64,000 nucleotides of DNA, taken from contig CM052824.1 of the NCBI GenBank assembly GCA_028534125.1, positions 33,046,001-33,110,000 of the forward strand, written 5' to 3'. This DNA is from Lama glama. Its lineage: Eukaryota. Position numbers and translations under genes: made by a program. Below, in pieces: positions 1 through 34,675 of this stretch; position 1 is the stretch's first letter, and every line of letters begins with the position of its first letter. Below the pieces are notes generated by a model. The model did no database searches. It saw only the letters and a program-made list of their open reading frames with translations, and was not told the DNA's origin.

Positions 1-23371
<23,371 letters not shown>

Positions 23372-23549
23372 CACACAGCCCTCCTGCGCCGGCCCGGGCC
23401 AGAGAAGCTGTTCCGCTGGTGACCCCTGACCCGGGTTCCTCGCTCCCAGAAGAAACCGGAAGCGAGTGGGAGGACTGAGACCTGAGCTTTCTGATTGGCT
23501 ATCTTGGAAACCGGAAGAGGAACTAGTTGACGTCGCTAATGCCGCCGCA

Positions 23550-26500
23550 ATGCAGGTGAGGATCAGGTTGGCGCTGGTGACTGCTAACCAGCCTCTGGTA
23601 ACGGGACAGAAGGTGGGCTGGCCGAAGAGAGAGGAGTTGGGGCTGGGCGAAGAGGGCAGAGCCGGCGGCTGACGGATAAGGAGACGCGCGATGGGGGCGA
23701 GGCCTACTGGAGAGAGCGCGGCGCCGATGAGAGATGGGGGTGGAGCCCGGCTAATAGGAGACTTGAGACTGCGGCTGGGGCTAAATCGGGAGGGAGGAGG
23801 CCGCTCTGATTTGCTAGGGTGTGGGAAAGGATCAGGTTGCAATTTGGGAAGGTTAAGATGCAGCCCAAGGAAGATGGGTCGAGAAAGTGGCGCACTGACT
23901 CAGGCCCCGACCTAGGCTGTTGGATGGCCGCTGTTGGATGCAAACATAACAGGGGATCTGTAATTGGAGAGAAGCCCCAGGGTGGAAGAAATTGTGGGAC
24001 CGCGATGGCCAAACTAATGTACTCCGAGGCCGTGGGTGGAATCCAGGATCAAGGCTCCTATCCTGCACATTGGCGAGTTTGCAAGACAATTTTGCTTCAT
24101 TCTTCCTAGCCTGTTCTGGATAGTGTTAAGGATAAAGAAACGAAATAAAACTGTAGGCCATAGATGGAAAGGAAATGCTTTGCACACACCCCCTACCCTC
24201 CAGCCTATCAAATTGTTTGTCTAGTGCTTAGGGGCATGTGCTTTTTTGTTGTTGTTGTTGTTGTTTCATTTGTCATTTAGTTTCTTGCACTTGGTAGTCT
24301 CAGTAAATATTTATAGCTTGACTAATCTTGAAAAGGGCATAGAAATATTGGCACAAAGATAAAATGAGTGCAGATTAGTTCAGCAAGGAGGAGGCTGAAA
24401 CATTGAATGTTGAGGGTAAACGAAGGGGCGGGGAGTGGCAGGTATTCAGCGGAACCTTCACGTGTAGGTAGATTTTCCAGAGATAGTGTCATTGGCAAGA
24501 ACAGCCGGGTTCACAAGGTAGTTTCTAGGACAGAGAAAGTCTGGGTACGTATGTGGCAGAGGTGCACAAAAGATAATAAACCACAGGTGTTTAGGTCTGG
24601 TGAAAATTTCTCAGAATAGAGTGTACCTGATACGGAGAAAGACCAGACATGGATTAGGAGGTGACAAGAGAAAAGATTCAGTAGGTAGGAGGAATTGAGG
24701 TCAGATGAATGGGTGGAAAGGTCTAAGGGTTGATGCCGTTTGTAATCCAAATACCAAAGATAGAAAACAATCTGGCTCTCCCTGTGCCAGTGAGATCCCA
24801 TGTCATTTGACTGGGGTTGCACACTGTCGCCTTGGCTTTTCAGCTTTTCTCTGTGTGTGTCACTGAGTAACCAACCTATTCATATTGATGCAGAGGGAGG
24901 AGAAGCAGCTTGAGGCATCATTAGATGCACTGCTGAGTCAAGTGGCTGATCTGAAGAACTCCCTGGGGAGTTTTATTTACAAACTGGAGAACGAGTATGA
25001 CCGTCTGACCTGGTAAGGGTTGCCAGGGCAAGCTGGGGAGGGCTCCATGGAGGGGGGCCTCGCCACCTGGTGGATAGGACATCTCCAATGATGTAACAAC
25101 TTATCTGTTTGGAAACATCTTGTGATTTAGAAAGAGCTGGGTTTCCCAATATTTGACAATACAGTTGGCTCTGGGCCTCCATTATAAGGAAGTAGAGAAA
25201 TGCCCAGTTTCTCAAGCCAGGTTATTTCTGGCTTTTGGCTTCTCGGAGAGGACCTCCGAGAAGTGTAGTGGGAGGACCTCCTCCCACTACAGTATTCATA
25301 CTGGATCTCTTGCCATGGGTGTTGCTGTGTCTTTTAGGTCCTACCTACTTTGGAAGTATGAATCATATTTTCAGGCTGGAAAAGAGGCTTTTACCTAGTT
25401 TCTGAATTTTTAGTGATAACAGCGTGGCCATGGTTCCTATTTTGCCACTGTTCTCATCCCATTCAAATACAGTAGTCCCCCTTTATCTGTGAGGGATAAG
25501 GTCCAAGACCCCCAGTGGATACCTGAAACCGCGATAGTACCAAACCTTATACTGTATATACTATGGTTTTTTCCTATACTAACTAGGTGTGTAGTATATA
25601 CAGCATGGGTATGCTGGACAAACGGGTGATTAACATCCCAGGTGGGACAGAGCGGGACAAAACAAGATTTCATCATGTTATTCAGAATGGCACTCAATTT
25701 AAAACCTACGAATTGTCTACTTCTGGAATTTGCCATTTAATATTCTTGGGCCATGGTTGACCATGGGTAACTGAAACCATGGAAGGTGAAACTGTGGATA
25801 AGGGGGGACTACTATAACAAACTCCCTTTTTTCTCCATCTGTGTCAGAAACTGCAAATATGTCCCTCTTTCCTAACCCTATAATCCATGTGAGCCAGTCT
25901 AGTTCCCACCCAGACCAGCTGTAGGGCTATGAATCTTTTGGGGGTGAGTCTGGGTATTCCTAGTCTGAGGGGACCCCTTTGAGGCTACTTAACTGGGAAT
26001 ATTCTGACATCTTACCACCACCAGGCCCTCTGTCCTGGACAGTTTTGCCTTGCTGTCTGGACAGTTGAACACTCTGAACAAGGTCTTGAAGCATGAGAAG
26101 ACACCACTGTTCCGTAACCAGGTCATCATCCCTCTGGTGTTGTCCCCAGACCGAGACGAAGATCTCATGGTAAGAGAGGGAGAGAGATACAACTTCGAAA
26201 ATGAAGTTCTTGGATGAGGACCTAGAGCACAGTTGTTGGTTGGCTCTCATACAGTAGAGGGTGGCAGTAAAAAGTGAGGGCTGCATTTTGGAGGCCTTGG
26301 TTTTGGTCCTCTGGAATCTGGGGAGCTACTCCCAAAAAGTGCTGAATTAACCTGAGGCATATGTACCTGAGGCAAAGACCTTTCTCCTCCAACACCTGTC
26401 TCAAGCAAAAAGTATGTTCTTTTGTGACTTTTTCTATTTCAATCTTTGATTAAAATGTGGCAGAGAGAGGTTTGCCCCTAGGTCTGGTAGAGATAGGGAT

Positions 26501-28579
26501 ATGAGAAGACAGAAGTGAAAGAAGTGAAGTGTCCTAAGAAGGCAGATATTGTAAGTCATAGGTTGTGTTTTCCCTGAAGAAGTACTGTGTGTCTGTGGAA
26601 GGAACTATGTACATAATAGGCCAGATTGAGTCTTCTTGGAGTGCATAGTAGAATCAATAAAATCTGTGTGTTACAGCGGCAGACTGAAGGACGAGTACCT
26701 GTTTTCAGCCATGAGGTGGTTCCTGACCATCTGAGAACAAAGCCTGACCCTGAGGTTGAAGAGCAAGAGAAGCAGCTGACAACGGATGCTGCTCGCATTG
26801 GTGCTGATGCAGCTCAGGTTGGATCGAATCACTGCCCTGCTGACCCCACCCCCAAGCTTTATCATGAGAAGCTAGGCATTACCACTCCTGTGTGGTAGGG
26901 ATGCACAGTTGTTTATACCTAAGTTGTCCCTGGAAGAATACAAGGAAGAAATTTCCTGTAATAATGTCTTGCTTGTCCTAAACTCTGCACAAATGTATGT
27001 GTGTTACAGAAGCAGATTCAGAGCTTGAATAAAATGTGCTCAAACCTTCTGGAGAAAATCAGCAAAGAGGAAAGAGAATCAGAGAGTGGAGGTATGGAGG
27101 GATTGGTGACAAAATAGAGAAGGAAAGAGGGATAAAATCACTGGAATAGAAAGGGTGGTTTTGGTAGCAGTGAAGTGAGGACATAGAATGAGCTGCTCAG
27201 GAAAGGGTACGCATCCATGCTGTCAGCCTTTTGTATTTAAGGCCAGCTCTGGGGCAGGTGGGAAAAATGGGCAAAGTGAGAAAGGAGAATTTTAAGATAG
27301 TCATGGGCTCCTCTGGCTCTTCCTCTGAGCTGTCAGGGAGTCTAGATGCTGCTGAAGTCAGAACTCCAAGTCCTGGTACTCATACTGGTCTTTCTGCTGC
27401 TTGGTTGAGTCCAGCGCTGGAGGCACACCTCAGGGTCCTCACTTACCTTTTTCTTCAGGTCTCCGACCGAACAAGCAGACCTTTAACCCAGCAGACACCA
27501 ATGCCTTAGTGGCAGCTGTTGCCTTTGGGAAGGGGCTATCTAATTGGAGGCCTTCAGGCAGCAGTGGTCCTGGCCAGCCAGGCCAGCCAGGAGCTGGGAC
27601 AATCCTTGCAGGAGCGTCAGGATTACAGCCGGTGCAGATGGCAGGCGCTCCAAGCCAGCAGCAGCCAATGCTCAGTGGGGTGCAGATGGCCCAAGCAGGT
27701 CAACCAGGTAAGGTAACATGGCTTGGCATGGTGACAGACCTTGAGCAGGAAGTGGGAATGAGCTGGGTTACCTGGGCTCCCAGCATCCCCAGAACTGGAG
27801 ATATTCCCCTTTTCTCCCTTGGACTGTGACCCAGAAAAAAATTTTAGGAGTAAAAATCTCATTAGAGGCTGTTAACAGGCACCAGACAATGCGGAAAGAA
27901 CTTTGATTAGCAAAAACTGCTCTCACCTCCCAGCCCATTTCAGATCTGTCTCAACTGCCCTTCTGTGCCATTTACTCTGGACATTAGATGTGTTGTCAGT
28001 GTCTTATCTTAGAGAAATGCATGGTTAGGCCTTAATTAGGACCCCTGGGTAGGTGCATTGGGAACTGACAAGCAGGCCAAGTTTCCCAGTTCTACATGTA
28101 TTCTTTTCTCTGTATCCTGTCTTTCCTGTTCACTTTTAGTAATTATAAGAAAAATTTGGAGGAGTTCAGATGCAAATAGCTAGAAGAGATATTTTCTTCC
28201 AGGCTGTCTAGGCAAAGGAACAATTAAAATAAGAGAACATAGCACTCTTTTACCTGTGACATTAAATGGTGGTCACACAGGTTTAGCTCTCTTTTACCAG
28301 AAGACTGCCGGGGTGTGTTCTGATCCCTCCCCTAATTCCTCCTCCTAGACACCTTCAGGGAAGGGCTGGGTGAGGAGCCATACCTCTGAGCCTTGCCGCT
28401 CAGGGTCAGATGCCACAGAGATTCTGAGATGGTAGAGACTGTGACAGATCACATTTCTGATTCACTGTCAAAGTCTTCCTGTGCTTCAGGTGTCTTCCTT
28501 CATGTTCCTTTTAGGGAAAATGCCAAGTGGAATAAAAACCAACATCAAGTCGGCTTCAATGCATCCCTACCAGCGGTGA
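23550..28579 (+). CDS. MED8: Mediator complex subunit 8 (268 aa)
   Basis: Exons 23550-23555 (MQ), 24894-25012, 26025-26169, 26677-26817, 27010-27091, 27459-27707, 28515-28579 (TGA) total 807 nt. Translation [26 protein letters not shown]...[14 protein letters not shown]. Introns are GT-AG. Confidence 0.97.
25470..25814 (-). mobile_element. MER44A-like TcMar-Tigger non-autonomous DNA transposon (MED8 intron 2)
   Basis: Terminal inverted repeats CAGTAGTCCCCCTTTATC…GATAAGGGGGGACTACTA, with TA at both flanks. Confidence 0.8.
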
Positions 28580-28674
28580 GTGTGGCTGGCAACCTCCACC
28601 CCCAGGTGCTCTTTGCAGAGTTGGGCCGTGAAATTGCCTTTTGCCCAGAGCTGACCTAGATGGGTACAATAAAA

Positions 28675-28880
28675 AGAACATGGGCTTTCAGCAACAGACA
28701 AGTCCCATCTCCACTGCTGACTAGTGGTGTGATCTTGGGCAAGTGACCTAATTTTTCTGAGCCTGTTTTCTTGTTTATAAATGATGAAAATACCTACCTC
28801 ATAGGGTTGTTGTGAGGATTAAAATAAGAAAATGAATGTAAAACACTTAGCATGGTCTATGAAATAATGGGTATTTAATA
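28675..28880 (+). mobile_element. MIR SINE in the MED8 3' region
   Basis: GTGATCTTGGGCAAGTGACCTAA…CTACCTCATAGGGTTGTTGTGAGGATTAAA. Confidence 0.7.
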
Positions 28881-29080
28881 AATGAGACTTTCTACAGCCA
28901 CTTCTCCCCACCGCCCTCCTCAATCCAGAACTTAGCCTGATCTGATACAGCTTCATGTCTGTGGTGAGTTGATGGACACAAGATCATGGACCACTCAGCT
29001 CTGTTTGAAAGCCTGTGCTTATTTTGTGCTGCCAGAACTGTGACAGCCTCTGTGTCCTTAGGGGCCTACTATCTCCACAG

Positions 29081-29129
29081 GCCTTCCTGCCCAGGTTCCA
29101 TCCTGGCCATCTCTTCAAGCTGCAGATGA
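29081..29129 (+). CDS. MED8: MED8 alternative terminal coding exon (short alternative C-terminus PSCPGSILAISSSCR*)
   Basis: The donor CG|GTGAGT at 28575/28576 overlaps the main stop codon. An acceptor ctccacAG lies at 29079-29080. The peptide resembles the start of the human long-isoform tail as I recall it (PSCLGFILAI...). Confidence 0.5.
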
Positions 29130-29704
29130 CGAGGCTTCTGGGCTGGGACAGACCGCCCACTTGCAGCTCTGGTGAAGCTCAGGCCTGCTCTGCTCTCCAT
29201 CCTCGGAAAAGCCAGTTTAGCTCTTATCTGAGATACTGTCACAAAGTGCTCTATCCTTTACCCCACCAAACACTCATGAAGGAAGATACGGAAGGCCCAG
29301 TGGGTGGGGGCTTTCTCAGGAAGTGGCTCTACCAGGCAGGACTGTATGAGAAAGGGTTTTTCTTAGAACATGAAAAAGCCCCTTGTCCCCCAGACTCATT
29401 TACTTATTTTGGAGGGAGAGGGGAATAGTATTTCACACCATCTTTCATCAGGGTTGCATTATCTTCACATTGTGCCTGGTTCCTGGGCTCCAGGCAGAAT
29501 GGCTTTCCTCAGTCCACTGAGCCTGTGGCTCCAATAAGGGCCAGGTGGATGGTAGGAGGCGGCAGCCGTCAGGACCTTTGCCTGCATTTATAAAGCTGGA
29601 GAGCAAAGTGGGCTTGGGTCTCCAGCCTAAGCTGCCTTTCTTAGCGCTCCTTTGTGAGCCAGGGCAGGGGTTGAGTCAGCAGAAGTGGGCCCAAGGGTTC
29701 TCCG

Positions 29705-29760
29705 AATAAAGTTATGTCAGTTGATGGCTGCTGTGTCAGGGTTATCTGACAGCAAATAAA
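29705..29760 (+). terminator. MED8: Candidate distal MED8 polyadenylation signals
   Basis: AATAAA at 29705-29710 and 29755-29760; proximal AATAAA also at 28668 and 28877. Confidence 0.5.
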
Positions 29761-32749
29761 CTGAGAGAGCTATGCAGGAGTTGGAGACTATATGTCAGAG
29801 ACTTTCAAGGTTGCTGCAGGGCAATTCTAATTTGTTCTCCATAAAAAGTGTTCTTTGATTAGCTTTGATCTAAAAGTCCTGAGAGGTAATAGGAAGGACT
29901 GCTTATACCTTCCAGCTGCCTTTTTTCAATTCTTTTCTGTCACACACCAGTACTTTGGCATTTGTTCAGTGTCAGGCAGAATCCTGCCAGGCTGTGGCAG
30001 CAAAGGACTGGAAAAGTGGTCACAGATGTCACATCCATTCCTGTTCCATCAAGACGAGAAATGGTATCCACACAGCTCACTGACCACAGTATGCAAGAGC
30101 ATGGAAATTCTGTCATTGGCTCTGAGGCAATGTCACACCTTTCCGCTACTTCAACAGTGCTACCTTACTGGTCCGTCAGCCCATTCAGGTGTTCCTTATC
30201 TTCCCTCCCCGCAGGAATTGTCACCTCTAAGTCTCATATTAGGTTGAGTTCAAGGTGCACTTCTCTAAAACCCCTGGAGCATCTTTCAGTGACTCCTGTC
30301 CTTTATTCCGCCAAAAGATTCCTTCCTATGGAAAGCTTTTTGAAAACTTTTTGAACCTATTGAAACCAACCCTGAGTTTCTTTGTTGCCCCAGCTAATAC
30401 TGACTTCAGCCCCAAAGTACTAGTTGAAATAGATTCCTTGTCTTCCCAGAGTGGAAATGTCTTCCTGCCCCAACAGGAACATATGCAGGACCCCACCTAC
30501 ATCTTGTGCCCGGAAGCAAGCATTCCTTACTCCACAGGCAATTACATCTCTATATTCTTTACTCTGGGAGCACATGCTCTCATTTCCAACCCGCTAACCC
30601 CAAATCGTCTGGAATACATAAACCTAGGTAGCATCACCAACTTTGGGGTCCACACAACCCAGTAAATGCCTCAATGGAGAATATCTCCCACCCGTAACAT
30701 AGTCATTCCCAAAGAATGGAATATAGAGAGAGTTTCCCTTCAAGAAGAGGACATTGACCTGCTTCCTTGCTTAGATTCAAGACTGGCAAAAGATGGGCCT
30801 CTTGTTCCACTCTGGTAGTGTTGCTCAGTCTCTGGTGTCTCTTTTGCCTGAGGCCTGTGCCTTCTCCTACTCCTGGGGCCAAGGAGACTGAGATTAAGCC
30901 ATTGTGTCCCAGGTGTGTGTCTAGGATGGAGAAAGCGGCAGCTGTGAAACTTCACGTTACTGTAGCACAGAGGTCACCCTGCTGAAGGCGGAAGCTTACT
31001 GCATCAGTATTTGTATGACACTCACTACTAGGACTTCTCCCTCTTCAGCTCTGCCCCAAGGCTGGGACTCTGTCATTGTTAAGCCTTCCTTTTGCTCATT
31101 GCTCCAATCACCCGATTCTCTTTCCCTCCTGGTATCTATTGCTGTCCTACCTAGCTGGGTCACTTCACTTAACCTTGTACTTTCTTAGGAAACAGCCAAG
31201 TAGATAGCTTGTAGCTAAGTGCTCCTAACTCCACAATCAGTCCTGGCACTAGGACTGAGCTGGAGGGGTATAGTCCCTGCCTCCCATCCTGCTGTTGAAG
31301 GGAAGGAGCTGAACTCTGCAGGAATGCCCTAGTGCAAGGCTGGTCCCTTTTCCCACCCCCTTCTCACCTCCCCCAGGCAGCTGGGAACAACCTCTCCCTT
31401 TGTTTGAGCTTCTTGTACAGAATAATCCTCCTTATGGACAATGTATTCTCTGTGCCTTGTGGACACAGGAGCCGTGTGTGAGCTGATCCCAGCACCAGGC
31501 AGGACGGAGGCTGAATCCTTCCAAACGCCCACCCTAGGTCAACTCCTGATTACTGTCCAGAGAAACTACTAAGGGATGTACATTTTATTCCGTCTATTCC
31601 AGATTTGTGGGGATAGCCTACTGAAGTTTAGCAATGGGCCAGGGGCGGTGGTCCCTTTTTGATCCAGTCCTGAGGGTTCACCATACCAGCCTCTGGAGGC
31701 TCAATGTGGCTCTGGCCTGGCAGCCTTAAACACACAGAGGCTAACACTTGGATAGGATTTGCCACCCTGGAGATGCGGCTTTCTAATTGGAACAGAAAGC
31801 GAGCTCTCCAACCTGCTGACAGGGCCGTGGCACCCATTACTTCAGCATGTGTTTTGGCCCACAGGACAGACTTCCTCTCTTCTTCCCTTTAATTTCCCTC
31901 CCTTTTGTTCTGGAGCTCCTGTGTGTTGCTGAGGCAGATCCTGGATCTCTGTTGTGGTTTCTTGTTGAGTTCTCATGCTCTCAAGAAGTCACCTACCATT
32001 TGGACATGGCCGCTTCTCCAAGAACATCATGGACAAGGCCCCTGACTTCCCTGGGCCACAGTTTTCTCACCTGGGTGATCCCAGCAATCCTTCCTAGCTT
32101 TTAAGTCTCTGGCAATGATTCTCAAGCCTGTTTGTCCCTGGGCATTTTTTGTTTTCCTCATTGCATGACTATGTTACTATAGGCCAGATTTTTCCAAGAT
32201 CAGCCCCCAAATCCCTTGAACCCCTGTAGACTCTTCCTAAAGTTCCCTGTCACCTACAGCTTAAAATACTGACATCCCTCTAGACCACTTCCCTAAAATC
32301 GTCTTCTAGCTTTCACTAGTTCTTTAGTGAAAATTCATCAAAGAGGTGGTAGGTTATCGAGATACATGCATTAAATGTCAGAAGTCACCATCCCACTCTT
32401 GGGCATCCCTCTCTCTGGGCAAGAGTCATGTACTGGAGAGACTCCTCCAGTGAAAACAGTAAATTATGCTTTTCTATGTGATGATAACGTCCCCTACTGA
32501 ATCAAATTCACGGGGCCCTGGGCTGCTCCCCTTCCTGCTTACCCTCAGCCTGGAGGGCCACTGCCTTCCTGGCTCTCACCCGAGTCTCACTCGTTTCCGG
32601 TCATTTTGATTCTCCATCTTCTCTCACCCATCCTCATTCTTGTTACTAGTTTCTCTGGGCTCCACCCACTTTCATGGCTCTGGTTAGTGTCCTTCCATGT
32701 TAATCCTTCTTGACCCCACGTCCCCACTCACTGACTTACAGCCACTCTG

Positions 32750-33540
32750 TTGAATAAAAGCCTACCATCACTGTCTTCTTCTACACCCCCTCTTCACTCT
32801 TCAGCCCCACTTCCCCCATTCCTCTGAACTGCCCTGTCACAGGTTACCGTTGACCTGATGGCTAAGTCCTGACTTTTTTCAATCCTTATCTTACTGTATC
32901 TTAATGGCATTTAACAGCTGACCATTACTTTTTACCTCTTTCTCTTCACCAGCTCCTATGTCTCTAACCATTTCTTCTCTGCAGCTTTGGGCCTTCTGTC
33001 CCTCTGCCTGCTTCTTGAATATTGTTATTCTCCAGGACTCTCTTTTCTTATTCTACCTGCCATCTCTCTGACCACCACCTTTACGTACATGACTCAAGTT
33101 TTATTTTCAACCCAGACCTCTTTGCTGAGCTGCAGATGCCTATTGGCTATCTCTGCCCATATGATCCACAAGTACCTCAGGTTCTGAATGTCCAAATCCA
33201 ATCATCTTTCCCTCCAAATCCATTTCTTTTCTAGTATCCAGTGTTGACCCAAGCCAGGTCTATGGAAGCCATCCTAAACTCCTCCCGCCTTCTGTGTCCC
33301 AGTCCCACAGCACCAAATCAAATACTAAATCCTGTCAATTCTGTCTCTCCAGTGGTACCCATACATCCTGCCCTGCAGTGCAGACCCTGGGCCTCTCACC
33401 CTCAAAGTATTGTTCAGATTCCCTGTGCCCCGTCTTACCTACTTCAACTCATCTTCCATATGACTGCCAGATAGATCTTTTTGAACTGCAGTTCTGATCA
33501 CATTACTCCCTTGATAAAAATCCTTTTGTTAGTTTCCTCC
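32750..33540 (+). mobile_element. L2 fragment
   Basis: Pyrimidine-rich L2 motifs (CCCAGACCTCTTTGCTGAGCTGCAGA…CTGATCACATTACTCCCTTG). Confidence 0.55.
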
Positions 33541-34429
33541 CCGTGTTTCTCAAACTGGGGTCCACATACCTGGTAGGTTGGTAGGGGCAGTGTGCCAGGC
33601 ATACTGAAAGTCACAAGATAAAAATCATCCTAAAATGCCCACTTGACTCAAGGGTAAGTAATTTAAACAGAATGCAAAATTATCATGTGTGCATTTAGAG
33701 AAAATAGGCTTCAAAGAATTCCTACTAGTCTGAAGGGCTTCTTACCAAGCTGCTAGATTCCCTAAGGATATTTCTTTCTTCTCTTTCTCCTCCCCGCCCC
33801 CCTTTTTTTGTACGTTTACTTCAGTGGAAAAGCTTGAAAAACAGCTTAAATTTCCCAGAAAGGCAAGTTAGATTCTGTGTCATCTAGCCCCCTGACTTCT
33901 CCTGGCTTACTTTCTCGTTTGTCCCACCACCCACTCTATTCCCAAGCCGTACAAACTGCTTGAAGTTTCCTGAATGTAACAGACTCTTCAGCTTCCATTC
34001 CTTTATTCCCACTGTTCCCTCCGCACGGAACACTTTTCCCTATTGTTCTATGTGATGAATACCCAATCATCTTTCAAAATTCAGCTCACAAGTCACTCCT
34101 CTGTGACGCTTCCCAACAGCCCAGTCTGTCAACAGATCAGTGCCGCTCCCACCAGGTGAGGTCAGTGACCCCCACTTCTTTGCTCCACATTTGTACCTTG
34201 AACAAACTTATTCTAGCTCCTGCTGCTCTTTATTGTCCCCCAAGTTCAAGCACCCTGAACTGTCAGGGTTTGGATCCCAGTTCTTCCATCTGAGAGCTGT
34301 CTGTTCTTTGGCAAGAAACTTGCATGTTTGGCATTCTCTGGCATCTGGCCCACCATAAACACTATAAATGGTAGCTGCTACTATTACTGTTACTGTTATG
34401 ATTTGGCTGACTTCGGAGAGAGTATAATG

Positions 34430-34675
34430 TAGCATTTTTAGTTAAAGGAACAGTTTCTAGTGCTAGACCGCTTGGGCTCAAATCCTAGCTGTGCCACCTA
34501 CTAGCTTTGTGGCCTTAGGCAAGTTGATTTATCTCTCTGTGCCTCAGTTTCCTTATTTCTGGGGATGATAATAATAGTGGCTATTTCAAAAGGTTGTTGT
34601 GAAGTTTAAATACATAAATACATACACAGTGCTCAGAATAGTGTACTTGATAATAGCAGAAGCTCAGTAAATATA
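34430..34675 (+). mobile_element. MIR SINE
   Basis: GGCTCAAATCCTAGCTGTGCCACCTACTAGC…GGCAAGTT…GTGCCTCAGTTTCC. Confidence 0.7.

Noticed and set aside
32335-32510. Possible further SEA exon relic (FIKEVVGYRDTCIK)
   Set aside because: Too weak to call on its own. It is noted only because it lies within the candidate pseudogene.
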